A stretch of 64,000 nt of DNA from Diplonema japonicum (taxonomy: Eukaryota > Protista > Euglenozoa: Diplonemea), in the NCBI GenBank assembly GCA_964019335.1, contig OZ025724.1:186001-250000 (forward strand), given 5' to 3'. The position numbers and the translations under genes were made by a program. Below, piece after piece: positions 1 through 12,169 of this stretch (its first letter is position 1; each line of letters begins with the position of its first letter). The notes beneath the pieces were generated by a model, which was not told the origin of the DNA, ran no database searches, and was given only the letters and a program-made list of their open reading frames with translations.

Positions 1-478
1 CAAAGTCGTAAATAGGCCGGAACGCAGGAGCGCCCACGGTACTGAGCCTTCCACGGACGGTCTCCACACGGCGTCGCAGTAACTTCTCAGAAGATAAGCT
101 GTGGACTTCACAGTAATCTATAATGACGTCTAGATCTACGGACATTGGAGTGGGCTCAAGAGAGGTACCATGTGCATCAGAAAGGAAGGCTAGAAGAGCA
201 GGGTCTTCGACATCGATCCCTACTAGGGTGGCGAAGGCTTCCCAAGAGGTTGGGTCTTCGATTTTTCTTGCTTCCCTGTCAGCTTCGCACAAGGTGCGTT
301 CTAGTACCTCTTTAAGGGTGTCAGTTGTTGCCTTCTTTTTAACAATTCTTTTATTGGGTTCTGAAGTGGTGTTGGTTGTTATGCTGTAGTTGTTGGCGTT
401 GATGGTGGCTTCTATGGTTTTCTTCTTTTCTTTTTCCTTCTCTTCGCTGGCTTTGAACGACCCGAAGCAACATCCCAT
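1..478 (-). CDS. DCN1-like (cullin neddylation, PONY domain) protein with N-terminal MGCC acylation motif; 3'-partial
   Basis: Not in the ORF track. Hand translation from ATG at 478 is open to the window edge: MGCCFGSFK...WEAFATLVGIDVEDPALLAFL...LRRRVETVRGRL...AFRPIYDF, resembling the DCN1 'LGVDPED..L...F+.+Y.F' pattern. Confidence 0.6.
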   Translation of the reverse strand, partial: MGCCFGSFKASEEKEKEKKKTIEATINANNYSITTNTTSEPNKRIVKKKATTDTLKEVLERTLCEADREARKIEDPTSWEAFATLVGIDVEDPALLAFLSDAHGTSLEPTPMSVDLDVIIDYCEVHSLSSEKLLRRRVETVRGRLSTVGAPAFRPIYDF

Positions 479-494
479 TGAGGTGGGACGGAGC

Positions 495-525
<31 letters not shown>

Positions 526-611
526 CCCCCCGTTCCTCTCCCCTCCCCCCTCTCCCAACTGTCGATTGTGATTTTTTTTTTTTTGTGTTTGAGAATTTAA
601 AAAAAAAAAAA

Positions 612-1392
612 CTCGATAAAATTTCAGTGTGCATGGGGGTGCTCACTGTTCAGGTAGAAATTCACACTAATCGGTCACCGTTCTGCGGTTGCTGTCTGGT
701 GCCTGCGGTGGCTGTTTGTCGCGATGAGATGGACGGCATCTGGGCGAGAAACACTGCTTGGAGTCGTGCTAGGTAGGGGGGGGTTTGGCTCGAGGAGAAG
801 AGTGGTCTCCTGTCGTAGCCGTGTGCCGTCGGGCCCCCAAGATGTCGAAGGGTATGCACCCTTGATTTGGCGTTGGCGGGGAAGGCTGACCTTCCACAGC
901 GTGCTGAGCATTTCTGGATGCGACCCAAGATGTATCGCATCCTTGCGGCCTTCTCCGTGAGCAGGTCCTGATCGTCGAGGGGACCTATGAGTGACCGGCG
1001 GGTGGTCTGCTCATAGTCTATGGCGAGTTCCATTGTAGTGACGGAAGTTTTCTTCTTACCATCGTACCATCGTAGGCCTCTTAGCCACTTGAGGACGTTC
1101 TTCAGATGAAAGGTCAGGACCGCGCCTGACGCCCCGTTCGCCTTCAGCAACGCTTCCGTCGGAACATCATGTTGCCTCCCTGTCGTTACCTCATCCCAAG
1201 GGTTGGAGGTGAGCACTCTCTTGCTTTTTTCCGCTGCTCTGGCGTCACGGACCGTCACTACTTTCAGGAGGTATTGTTGCACCATCCTGGCACGTTCTTT
1301 CCCTGCTTTGTCGGCCCCTCTTGGGACTATCCCGTGAAGGGCTGTGGCAGCTGGGAGGCCTTCTCGCTTCACCTCTGCGTATTGCTCGCTTG
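612..1392 (-). mobile_element. 5'-truncated non-LTR retrotransposon (ORF2 C-terminus + 3'UTR), diverged relative of the element at 22149-28654
   Basis: ORF 662..1420 aligns with the ORF2 C-terminus (ATALHGIVPRG/ATRLHGVVPRG; VQQYLLKVVT/VQKYLLEVVT; TTMELAIDYE/TTLELALDFE; GGPTAHGYDRRP/GGPTTHGYDRRP; GTRQQPQNGD/GTRQSPQNGD). T-runs at both ends on the sense strand. Confidence 0.9.
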
Positions 1393-2539
1393 AAAAAAAA
1401 AAAAAAAGAGAGACGCACAAGAGAGAGAGAGAGAGAGAGAGGGGGATGGTGGATTTAAAATAAAAATAAAAAAATGTTCACGATGATGGAGGAAGTTGTT
1501 TAGCAATACCATCGTATATTCAACAGAGAAAGAAATAGGTTTAAGTGGCGGATATTTAAAAAAGAAAAGGGGGGTAGAGGGGGGACAGGGCTTTCTTTTT
1601 TAATTTTTGCCTATTCACCCCTCTTTCCCCCCCCTTTTTTTTTTTCTTTTCTTTCTTTTTTTATAAATTTTTAAAACTGAGTAAGAAGACTATGAAAAAA
1701 AAAGACAAAAAGATCGAGAGCTAATAAATAAAAAAAAACCCTTTTTCTTTTTATTTTCTAGCGAATAGGTTTTTAGTTTCGCACATTGCATTACTTTTTT
1801 CCCCCCCCTCTCAGCCACCTTAAAAAAAAAAACTCATGTCAAAAAAAAAAAAAAGCAAGCAAATTAATTTCTAGGATCAAATTAATAATTTTTTTGCGGT
1901 AAACGCCTTTAGCTCATAATAAGAAACATGATAATTTTTGAACAAAAGAAAAACAAAAAAAAAAATGTGAGGCATAAAACAAAAAACGAATTTTCTTTTA
2001 TTGTTTCTTTTTTTGAACAAAAAGATATGAATGAGGGAGGGACAAAAAAAAAAAAAAACAAGATTTCTTTTTTTCATTTCCCCCGCGGGAAAAGAGGCCC
2101 ACTCTTTCAGATAGTTTTTGCCTTTAATGTAAGAATGCTAAATAGCGTGAGCACAAGCCTAGATGGACCCTGCACAGCACCATAGCTTCTTCTTAAACTT
2201 CGTCTGGTAGAGAAATACCGACTAGGCATGCGAAAGTAGAGGAAACTCAGAGGGAAAAGAAACAAAACAAGAAAAAGAAAGGGAAGAAAAAAGATTTTAG
2301 AACCACATAAACCGCCCCACCACCCCCCTGTTTCTTTTTTTTTCACAAATATGATTTTCTTTTTGTGATATTTTGGTTCTCGGCTTCTTGTTTTTTTTTT
2401 TTTTTTCTCTCTTTTTTTTTTTTTTTTTTTTTTTAAATTTATTAAAAAAAAACGGGAGCAAAAAAAAAAAAAAAAAAAAAAAAAAATTAAACTTTTGCGA
2501 GAATAACCTATGGGAAAGGAGGGCGGTAAATGCTTTCTC

Positions 2540-2587
<48 letters not shown>

Positions 2588-5500
2588 AGTTTTTTTCCCC
2601 CTGCATTTTCACAGAGGCAAAAAGGAACAGCTGTTACCCCCTTTGTTTGGACTGGTCAAAGACTTTTTCCTTGCACACTGAAAGCCGCCGATACTCTAGG
2701 GTTAAATAGAGAGCCACAACCCGAAACAGTTTTCTGCTCTTTTTTTCTTGTGTATACAAAAAGTTGGCAATATGACCTTTCCTACTTCTCCTCTTGTTGC
2801 AGGTTTAAAGCATAAAGAAAAACAAAGAATAACACGGGGGAGAAAGAAATGTATAAAAAAAGAAGAAGAAGAAAAAAAAAGAGTATTTATGTGAATTTTG
2901 TAATTCTTTTTTTCTTCTTTTGTATTATAATAGAAAAAAAAAAACAGTTTTTTCTTTTTCTTCCTTTGGTGAGTAAAGGGAGTAGGGATGGGGAGATGAA
3001 AGAGGGTAAAGTCTAGAGGTTTTTAGGAACAGAAAAACACGGTTACTTTTTTTTTTTTGTCATAAACACCTCTTTCTTTTGTGTTTTTTCATTTTTTTTT
3101 TTCATTTTCTTTTAACTATAAAAATGAAGTTTCTTTTTTGTTTCTTCTTTTTCCTCTTTTTTTCCCCCCCCCTTTTTTTTTCTTTCTATTTTTCTTTTTT
3201 TGCCAGCTTTTCATTCTCTTTTTTGCCTAAAAATAAAAAATAAAGTTGAAAAAAAAAAAAAAAAAAAAAAAAAGAAACTATATCCAGCTCCCTTCCACTA
3301 AGGGTTGAACCCTCACTCTTTAAAACAACAAGAAATAAAATAGGCAGAGAATTCTTTTGGTTTACTTTTTCTCTTTCTTTTCGTTGCTTTCTATTTCAAA
3401 AAAAAAGGGGGGGGACAAGAAAAGGAGCAAACTCAAAAGGCGACAAAAATTCGAAAAAGAAAAAAGGAAAAAAAAAGAAGAAGAGCAGAGAACATGGAAA
3501 AAAAGACGAAAAAAAAAAAACAAAACAAAAAAAACAAAAGTAAACAAGTAGAAGCAAAAAAAAAGGGGAGGGGGAACGCGAACTGAAGGAAGCATGAAAG
3601 AAATTTCTTTCTTCTCTTTATTCTTTTTTTTTTTCCTTTCTCACTCATGGCATTGCAAAAAAATAAAAAAAAATAAAAATAAAAAACTCTTGGTACTTGT
3701 ATCTGGCTCGTGTTGTCGCATTCCTCCCCCCCCCCCCCCCCCCTCATTTTTCTTTAAGTTTCCACACGTCTCTGTAATTTTTATGCAAAAACGGAAAAGC
3801 TTTATCAAGTTTTTTTTTTCTTCTTTTTTCTATTCAGTATATTTTCTGGTATCATAATAAAAACAAAAGGGGGCTGTGAGTGAGGTAGAGGGAGAAAATA
3901 AAAAAAAAAAGTGCAAAAAAAAGAAAACAAAAGGGAGAAGGAATAAGAGAGGAAAGCTGCGTGCTATTTTTTTTTTTTTTTTTTTTTTAAATTTGATAAT
4001 TAAGGTTCATGCAGCGAAATCTTTTTTTTTTTTTTTTTTTTTTTGAGAAGAGTAAAGAGATAAGGTGCTCTTACCCCCCCGCCTGCCTCTGAAAAAAGAG
4101 GGGAAAAAAAATCAAAAAAAGATAGTGCAGGTACAAATGAGAAGAAGAAAAAAAAGAAATTTTTTTTCCCCTACGTTTTCAGTGTTGCATTTTTGTATTT
4201 TTTTTTTTTTTTTTTTTTTTTGAGAACAAAGAACAATAACCAATCAGTCCACAATTGCTTTATACTTAGGCGCGCACAAAAGAGGAACTACCTCTTTTCC
4301 ATTTTCGTTTTTTGATTATTTTCTTTTTCTTTACGTTTACTTTTTTGATGATTCTTTTTTTTTTTTCTTTGAATCTTTCTTTAAATTTACAACGTTTGCC
4401 GTTTTCTTATTTAACGAAAAGAACATTCCATCTACCTTTTTTTGTAGCCTCTCAGGAAGTCGATGAAAATACTAGCGTTAAAGAGAAAGAAAAACAAAAC
4501 CCTCCCCCCCCAATCCCCCACCCTATATTTCTTTTTTTATTCTTATCTTTCTTTCTTTTCTTTTTTTTTGTTTCTTTTTTTTTTAAAAAAGTGTTTTAAA
4601 AAAATGAAACAAAAACTTTTGTATCACCCCTCCCTTTTTTTTTTTTTTTCCTTCCATTTCATTTTTTTTTTTTTTCGTGGGGGGAAAGAAGATCTTTCTA
4701 GTTTCGGGGGAATGGGTGCTGATTTTTCGAATTTTTTTTTTTTTTTTTTTTGCAGACAGCATAGGAGATTACATCCCACCATTTGCCAACTTTTCTTGAA
4801 TAGGAAAAAAAAGAGGGGGGGGGGTGAGAAGAGATTTAGTTGACAAAAAGAAAAGAAGAAAAGCAACTACACCTGATTGAGGAAAAACTAAAACCCGAGA
4901 AGAAAAAAAAGAAAAAAAAAGAAGGGACACATGTCACGATCAAACACCCACCTTTTTTTGTTTTAAACAAATCAAAGACTCGGTTTGCAAAAAGTTTTTT
5001 CTTTCATCTCCCCCCCCCCCCCCCCCCAAATAGAGAAACGTAACTAAACATTTGGTATAGAACCCTAAAACCTAATTTTTCTTCGACTAAAAAAAAGAGT
5101 CGGTTGATTGTTGTTTGTGCACAGCCGGGATTAACCTGTAGAAGGATAAGCCCAACAATGCCACCACTACTCTTTTTAGCAAATAACAATTCATTATCGA
5201 TATATTGTTTTTCTTGTTCATGCAAAAAAAAAAAAAAAAAAAAAAAAAAAACTGTCAACAGCATCCCTTACAGTTTCCCTGCTGCAACTGATGTCCTCCA
5301 CCCCCCCCCTCCCCGCCCTTTTTTTCCTTCTCCTAAAAATTGACAACAACAAGGAACGAACATTTGTTCATTTCTCCTTATAATCGTAACGAGCTGTCAA
5401 ACGTTCAAAAAAAAAATAAAAATAAAAAATTCATTTACCAACAAAAAAAAACATCACCCCCCCCCCCCCCCCCCCGCCCCATATCCAACTATACTCATTT

Positions 5501-5656
5501 TAAATGGGTGTGTGTGTGTGTTTTTTTCACCCCCCCACTCCCCATTCCCCCTCCACCACCTCCTCCCCTCCCAACGATGAGTTGCGAATACAAAGAAAAG
5601 AAAGAAAAGATAACAACAAAAAAAAAAAGAAAAAAAGAAATGCTAGGGATGCTAGG

Positions 5657-5693
<37 letters not shown>

Positions 5694-5746
5694 CCAAAAC
5701 AAGTTTCAAAAAATCAAGAAAAAAAAAAAGAAAAAAAAAACGGGTT

Positions 5747-6688
5747 TTACGACGCGCAACTTACGGGACGCGAGCGCCTGTGGAACCCAGCAGGGGGGGA
5801 CGAGGCACTGCGGTCATAAGGCCCGGCAGTATGGATGTGCGACCTTGCGATGGGTGGGCGTTCCACCCTGGGCTGTTCCTCCACAACAGGCTGTGGCTCT
5901 ACGACTTCGGTGGGGAGGGATTCCTGAAGGAACCGCTGCTTCCTCAAGTGGATGTGCAGCTTTGTACAGCTCGAGGGAACGCACGTACCCTGAGAAAAAT
6001 TAGGGCACCTTTCAACATCGGTAGCCTTGATCCTCCACTGCGAACAACAAGTCCTGCACCGCAGCAAGCACCATTTCCTCTTAACCCTGACAGAATCCCA
6101 ATTATTGTGATCGCAGGGCTTATCAGTGGTAGGTGGAGCAAGGGGCCTGAATACAGGTCCTTGATGCGTACCAGTTTTGTGGCTTTCAATCCATGTTTTG
6201 ACATCAGCGTGTGTTGGGATGCAGTCCCGTGCGATAAGAATGTTTTCGCTCATTTCATCCTCTTCCTTGGCAGGCAGGATCAGCAGGGAGATGGGAACAT
6301 GGAGTTCTTTGTTGATGTTCACGATGTAAAGGCTCTCTCTCTCCTCTGTCCAGGCACCACCATCGCCCACCACACGTTCTTTGATGACCAGTTTCACAAC
6401 GCCAGGGGTGATCTCCTCTGTGCACAGGGGTTCCCAGGTGATCTTTGAGGTGGGCCCTTTCCAAACTCTGTGAAGCACGTTATTGTAGAAGAGAGCTAGG
6501 AAGTCCCTCCCGATGCAGCTTCGCTCCTCTGACCTGTCGTTCATCTTTGCGCCCTGCGTCAGCAGGAAGTCCTCTGTGAGGTTCGCCTTCGCCCACTCCG
6601 AAAAGTTCCCCTTGTGGAACGACTCGAACAGACCGGCGAGCAGGCCGAGCACCAGGTCCACGTAGCTCACAGGCTCTTTGTGTTCCAT
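5747..6688 (-). CDS. Hypothetical protein with Cys/His motif CDHNNWDSVR...CRTC..QW and a CCCH-like finger (313 aa)
   Basis: Clean intronless ORF, ATG after an A-run; C-terminal CPNFSQGTCVPSSCTKLH resembles a CCCH zinc finger. Confidence 0.75.
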   Translation of the reverse strand: MEHKEPVSYVDLVLGLLAGLFESFHKGNFSEWAKANLTEDFLLTQGAKMNDRSEERSCIGRDFLALFYNNVLHRVWKGPTSKITWEPLCTEEITPGVVKLVIKERVVGDGGAWTEERESLYIVNINKELHVPISLLILPAKEEDEMSENILIARDCIPTHADVKTWIESHKTGTHQGPVFRPLAPPTTDKPCDHNNWDSVRVKRKWCLLRCRTCCSQWRIKATDVERCPNFSQGTCVPSSCTKLHIHLRKQRFLQESLPTEVVEPQPVVEEQPRVERPPIARSHIHTAGPYDRSASSPPAGFHRRSRPVSCAS

Positions 6689-6866
6689 TTTTTTTTCTTT
6701 TTTCTTTTTTTCCTTCTTCTTCTTGTCTTAATTCTAGAAAAAAAGGTGGGGGGAGAATTAGGGGGGGGGGGGGGGGGGCGGACGGAAAGAAAATGGTTAA
6801 AAAAAAAAAACACTATGTTATAGAAACACACTTTTAGACTTTTTTTTTCTTTTTTTTTTTTTTTTT

Positions 6867-7340
6867 TCACGCCGAGGAAGCACGTCCCTCCCGTGGCACC
6901 CTGGGCTGCTTCTCGCAATTCGGGTTTTCCATGATATAAGTGATCTTCTTGAGGTCGTTGTTGCTGACTGTTTGACTTTCGATCCGGCATCCGTACCTTT
7001 TTTTTTTTTTTTTTTTTTTTTCCCCTTCCCCCTTTCTCCCCCCCTTCATACTTTGAAACCAGCAAGTTCAACATTTTCGTTACAGGGAGCCCGGGCCCCT
7101 CGGAACGCATCGCTTCATCTATAAAGGGCTGCAGAGCACTAGGAGGGTTGCTCTTGACACTGCTCCATTCCTCATCAATCCCAACGATCAGAGCAAACAT
7201 CTCAGGAAGTGAACAAGGCGCCGATTCTGGCCGAGAAGTGAAATGGGGATCATCGTATTCAGACGGTTGACCTGTGAAGTCCGGGGTATAACGGTAGTGC
7301 GCGGAATGACCCTGCACATCTTTGTAATACCTAGGGCAAG

Positions 7341-7378
<38 letters not shown>

Positions 7379-7807
7379 ATACAATGGAATGTTTTCACCA
7401 ACTGCCCAGTGTTCCTTCAGCCGGTCAGTGTGGTAATGAGGGAGAATTGTGTCTGGTTCTTGTCCAGTCGCTGAGGACAGGAGAGTGTAAACCATTTTGG
7501 AAGTGTCGAGAGGGTGCCGCGACCATGAAATGACTTTGAAATTACACGCACAGGTCAGATAGTCCACTGTCCCGGACAGTGGTTTCCAACCAGCTAGATT
7601 TTGATGTCTATTAGGCCCCTTTTCCCAATACTGTGCCTCGGCTGCCCGCAGGATTTGGTCCGCTTCATTTGTCGCCGGGTCTAGTGATATCTTCTGAAAA
7701 CTGTCTGTCGAGAATGCATCACCCATGAGCAATGTTACCCCGGGGAGGTTGTGGTTGTGACTGGCTGTTGATGTACACAGCCTCCGTTGTAACAAACGGG
7801 TGGCCAT
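6867..7807 (-). CDS. Hypothetical protein, 3 exons (7807-7383, 7330-7052, 6996-6867; 277 aa), possible mitochondrial targeting N-terminus
   Basis: GTATG..AG introns 7331-7382 and 6997-7051 join three ORF-track fragments in frame (834 nt). N-terminus MATRLLQRRLCTS is Arg-rich and acid-free. Confidence 0.7.
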
Positions 7808-8127
7808 TTTTTTTTTTTTTTTTTTTTTTCCTCTTTTTTTTTTGTTGTGCAAAAAGAGATAAAAAAAAAAATAAAATAAAATAAAAAAAGAAAAAAAGAA
7901 AAAAAAAAAAGAAAACTTTATGTATCAGACAGATTCTTCTTCTACCACGACACCTGTTTGAATCGCCGTATTGGTCTGGGCCAATGAAACCCCCCCTTTC
8001 CCCGGCACTCCCCTGCTATTTGTGTATCAGAAAAGAAAGAGAAAAAAAAAGGAAGGGGAGGAAATAACAGGCTAGGTAATTTTATTCGAAAACATTTTTT
8101 TTTTTTTTTTTTTTTTTTTCCGTTCTT

Positions 8128-8424
8128 CTAGAAAAGGCCCGCCTTCTGGTCCTTCTCAATATGCTCGATAGAATCAATGTAATTAAGCCTCACCTTCTCC
8201 TTCTGCTCTTCAGACATATCAGCAAAGACTGCTTTGAACTGGTTGCCAATGGTATGCTTCTCCACTGCATTCTTCCCAACCATCTTAACGAGCGCATCAT
8301 GAAGGTCATTCAGGTCCTGCATACTGGCGTGGGGCTTCAGTGAAATGATATACTTCTCAGCCGAGCCGACCCAAGCTAGCGACAGCAACACAATTAGAAG
8401 CAACAGTGTGCGAACAACAGACAT
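8128..8424 (-). CDS. Secreted peptidase inhibitor I9 (subtilisin propeptide-like), 98 aa
   Basis: Signal peptide followed by KYIISLK...FKAVFADMSEE...IEHIEKDQ, the I9 pattern. Confidence 0.75.
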   Translation of the reverse strand: MSVVRTLLLLIVLLSLAWVGSAEKYIISLKPHASMQDLNDLHDALVKMVGKNAVEKHTIGNQFKAVFADMSEEQKEKVRLNYIDSIEHIEKDQKAGLF

Positions 8425-8879
8425 GTTTTTTTTTTTCTTTTTTTTTCTTCCTTTTCTTTCTTCTTATTTAAATCCCCTTTGGAAGGAGTCTTGCAGAATG
8501 CCGTAAAAGCAGCAGAGACGCGCTGGGAAACGGCCAGTTTCTTTACTGCGGGGAAAGACAAGCACGCTGGCGTGCCATGAAGGAGCGCACACCGCGTACC
8601 ACGAGTCTGCTGTTGAAAAAACAAGGCAACCGGCTCAAAAACGCATGGGCACGCCGACCGCGCCACAACACCACACAACACGGGAAATCGCTAAAGCACG
8701 ACGACCTAGTCCCGTCACTTTTTTTTTTATATTTTTTTATGATGACAAATATTCTTATTGAAAAGAAGAAGAAGAAAAAAAAAAAAAAAAAGGCATACTT
8801 CTTTCTAAATTGTGAGCGAGAAAAAAAGGTGGAAACACTTAATATTTTCTTTTTTTCTTTTTTTTTTTTTTTTAAATTC

Positions 8880-9650
8880 TCATTTGCGGGGTTTTCTTTT
8901 TTGCCCCTCTCTGGCTTTGCTTTGCTCATGTTTTTCCAACTGCCGTGCCTGCGTTACAGACAGCATCCTGCTATATTCTATTGACCGTTGCAAGGTCCGC
9001 TTTGCAATCTCCTTGTCTTGCTTGTCAAGAGGCCGCAGCAACGTGACCCGAGCAGGCCCTGAAGAATCCTTTTCCACACGCAACACCGTAGAGTCACGAA
9101 GGGCAACAACGAGCTCTCCAGAGGTCACTCCTCGGGACTGAAGAGCAGGAGCGGACAGTATATAAGATAAAGGGACTGATTGGAAAGAATCAAACTCAGA
9201 TAAAGTCATGGCATCGTAGGGCAGACTGTCGGGGCTGAAGTAGTACTCCGCTTGCGACTGTATAGTACAAGTAGATTGTTTGGTTTCGGTCTCCTTTTCT
9301 GACCCGTATTTGAGTGTTTTCTTTGCGATTTTCCGTTCAGATTCGTTAAATGGTTCGATGGTCCTGACACGGTCTCCATCTTTTGAGAGTTCGAGAAAAT
9401 CTGTTTCGCTTTCAGCGGCGTCCCTTGCCGTGTCCAGTTCGCAGCCTAGTCTTTCTGCAACGTAATGCAGCCGAACGAATCTTTCGCTGTTTGTCGACGT
9501 CAGCAACTCGTAGTCGGCAGCGAAGTTCTGTCCGAAGAGCCATAGAAGCCGTTCCTTGATGACGTCAAGCCTTGCTGTGCCCCGCTTTCCTGAGGGGCCT
9601 TGAGAGCCGGAACGAGCTCGGCTGCCTTTACCTCCGCTTGGACCCCCCAT
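8880..9650 (-). CDS. La-motif (winged-helix) RNA-binding protein with two tandem La-like domains, 256 aa
   Basis: QAEYYFSPDSLPYD...VPLSYI...ALRDSTVLRV matches the La motif. An upstream degenerate copy ends FLELSKDGDRVR. Confidence 0.7.
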   Translation of the reverse strand: MGGPSGGKGSRARSGSQGPSGKRGTARLDVIKERLLWLFGQNFAADYELLTSTNSERFVRLHYVAERLGCELDTARDAAESETDFLELSKDGDRVRTIEPFNESERKIAKKTLKYGSEKETETKQSTCTIQSQAEYYFSPDSLPYDAMTLSEFDSFQSVPLSYILSAPALQSRGVTSGELVVALRDSTVLRVEKDSSGPARVTLLRPLDKQDKEIAKRTLQRSIEYSRMLSVTQARQLEKHEQSKAREGQKRKPRK

Positions 9651-10346
9651 ATTTATTTTTTGTAAGCCGTTTTTTTTTTTTTTTTTCTTTTTTTTTTCCC
9701 ACCTGAAAGCAAAAGTATTTTAGAATTAAAAAAAAAAAAAAAAGAAAATGGTTAAAAGGAAAATAAGGGGTGTGTGGGGAGGGGGGGCAGAGAGAGAATA
9801 AAACTTTTTTTTTACTGAGAGAACTAAGAGAACATGAAACTTGAGAGAGACGTATAGAAAAGAGAAGATAAAAAAAAAAAGAGAAAAAAAAAAAAAAAAC
9901 AGGTTTACAGAAAAATGTTAAAAAGAAATTGAAAAGAAGAACGAAAGAACTGGGGAAAAATAAATAATAGAGATAACATTAAAAAGAAAAGGAATTTCTT
10001 AAAAAGAAAAAGAAGAAAGAAATAGGGGGGGAAGAAAAAGTAATAACGTTTAATTCCTTTTCCTCTCTATTCTCGTATTTATTTATTTTTTCTCTCTTTT
10101 TTGTTAAAAAGATTCGCATTTGTGTTTTCATAAGAGCCAATGCTTTTTTTTTTTTTTTTTTTTAAAAAAGATTTTTTTTCTTTTTTTTTATCACGGCCGG
10201 CACAGTTGGTTTCTGACAGCAGCCTGTGCCTTCTTTTTTTGCTTTTTTGTTTTGTTTTGTCGTCAAAAGAAAAAAGAAGAAAAAGAGAAATAAAAATGGC
10301 ATCATTTTTTTTAATGTAGGTATTTCGTTAGCTTTTGGGAAAGTTC

Positions 10347-11990
10347 TCAGAACCCCTTATCATCCTTTGTTGTGGGGAAGATCTGCCCCACGGAGAGATT
10401 GACATCGTTAGGTGTGATCATGAGCTGGTTGCTCCCCTTGGAGAGGTGCTCTACAGAGTCAAGCTTCCTGAGCATGAGGAACATCTTGATCGCCTTGTCG
10501 AGGTCCATGGTGGCAGTGTCCTTCCCTGTGGTCTTCTCCATGAAGGCGACGAGCTTCATGGCCTCTGCCTCTCCCTCGATCCGCGCCTCCGTCTTCAGGT
10601 GGGACTTCTTCAACTCGATGAGCTCCTTCTTCATCTTCTCCTCCTCGATCTCTCCCCCGAGCCTGCTCAGAGCAACCTCGTTCTCACCCTTCTGCCTCTC
10701 CTTCTTCTTCAGCCTGTCCGCTGTCTCCTTGATGATGTCCTGCAGGATCGCATCAGTCTCACTCGAGGCACACTTGAAGCGCAGCACCTCCACCGAGATG
10801 AGGTCCACCCCCCTCTCCTCGTAGAAGGGGTCGTCGATGCACGCCCCGCGGATGATCTCGTTGAACTTCTCCAGGAAATCCAGCAGCTTGATCCTCGACA
10901 CCTCTTGGATGATCTTTGAACGGGCGTGTGTGCACGTGTCCCCAGGGGCATCTGCCGTCTTCTCCACCAACATCGGGACGTCGATGATGGACCAGAAGAA
11001 CGACACGTCCACACACAGCTCCACGTTGTCCACTGTCCTGCAGTTGAACTCGTAGTTCATGTACGACGGGCGCCTGTCGAACTTCCACACAAGGTCCACA
11101 GAGGTGTGCTCCTTCCGCAGGTCTGTCGACCACTCTTGCTTCACGATCTCACAGAAGGGTGGGAGGAAGAAGTTCCTCAGTTCCGAATCCCCTCGCGCGT
11201 AGATGAACTTCCCTGTCTTGTCCTTGTACACCACTGTCTGGTACTCCTCAAGGATGATCTTCTCCTGCACCTCCACGATCTCTTGGTACTTCGAGGGGAT
11301 GAACAGCCCCAGCTGCGAGATCTGCACAAGGCTTCCCGTGTCGGTGTTCCGCACCAGAACACAGTGGTGCTCGTCGACGTTCACCCCGCACTGCACCCCG
11401 CCTATCACCTCCTCCAAGGGGTCTGGAACCACACGCTGCTCCCCGACTTCGATCCTCAGCTTGCCCTCCTGGTCCTTGATCCGCAGGTACTCATTCTTTG
11501 CAAGGTTGTACACCTGTAGTGGTGGTGGTGGTGGGTCGTGGTGGCCATACCTTCTTGTAGGAAGAAATCTCATCATAAGGCCCAGGCTTGAACAGGCTTG
11601 GGCCCACAATGTTCTTCACTGTACCGTTCTCACCTGTTGTGTTTATTTTTTACAGTTTGCCGCTGCTGCTGCTGTTGTGCTGTGTTGTCCCATACCATCA
11701 GTGATAGTGATGTACTGCTGCGCCGTCAGGTTTGGGCAGGTCCCAGAGTGCACCACAGCCTCACGCTCGTTCATCCACACAACGCTTGGCCCGTAGAACG
11801 ACTTCTTCGACCCGAATTCGTCGTTCATCACAATGGAGTACTCCCCGGTCCCGAGCACCAGAGCCCCACGGGACTCCGTGCTGCTGCATGGCCCGTAGCA
11901 CATGACCCCGGGGCCGTTCTCCACCGACCTCTCCCCATTGCACGAGGTGATCAGCAGCTGCTCGTTTTCCTCAAGGCACGAAAAGCACAT
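10347..11990 (-). CDS. Major-vault-protein-like/SPFH (band 7) protein, copy C; exons 11990-11696, 11633-11551, 11513-10347 (514 aa)
   Basis: Introns 11634-11695 and 11514-11550 (GTATG..CAG) restore one frame. N-terminal GP-containing beta repeats, SPFH-like core (CRTVDNVELCVDVSFFWSI..GVDLISVEV), C-terminal coiled coil. Confidence 0.75.
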
Positions 11991-12169
11991 TTTATTTTGG
12001 TAACTTTAACTGTAGCTTTTTAGGATATCTCTCGTGACGTCAGCGTTCTGCCGAACAACAAGCTTTCCAATATTCGTACAGAAGAACACGACGAAGGAGC
12101 CGGTCTTGATGAGAACCCCGGAGTCCCTGATGACGGAATCCCCAGCAACGGCTCATCCTGAATCCATCA

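Noticed and set aside
1420-5720. Many poly-Lys/poly-Phe ORFs here and at 21300-22130 and 30800-32950
   Set aside because: Translations of A/T homopolymer tracts with no coding-like composition.
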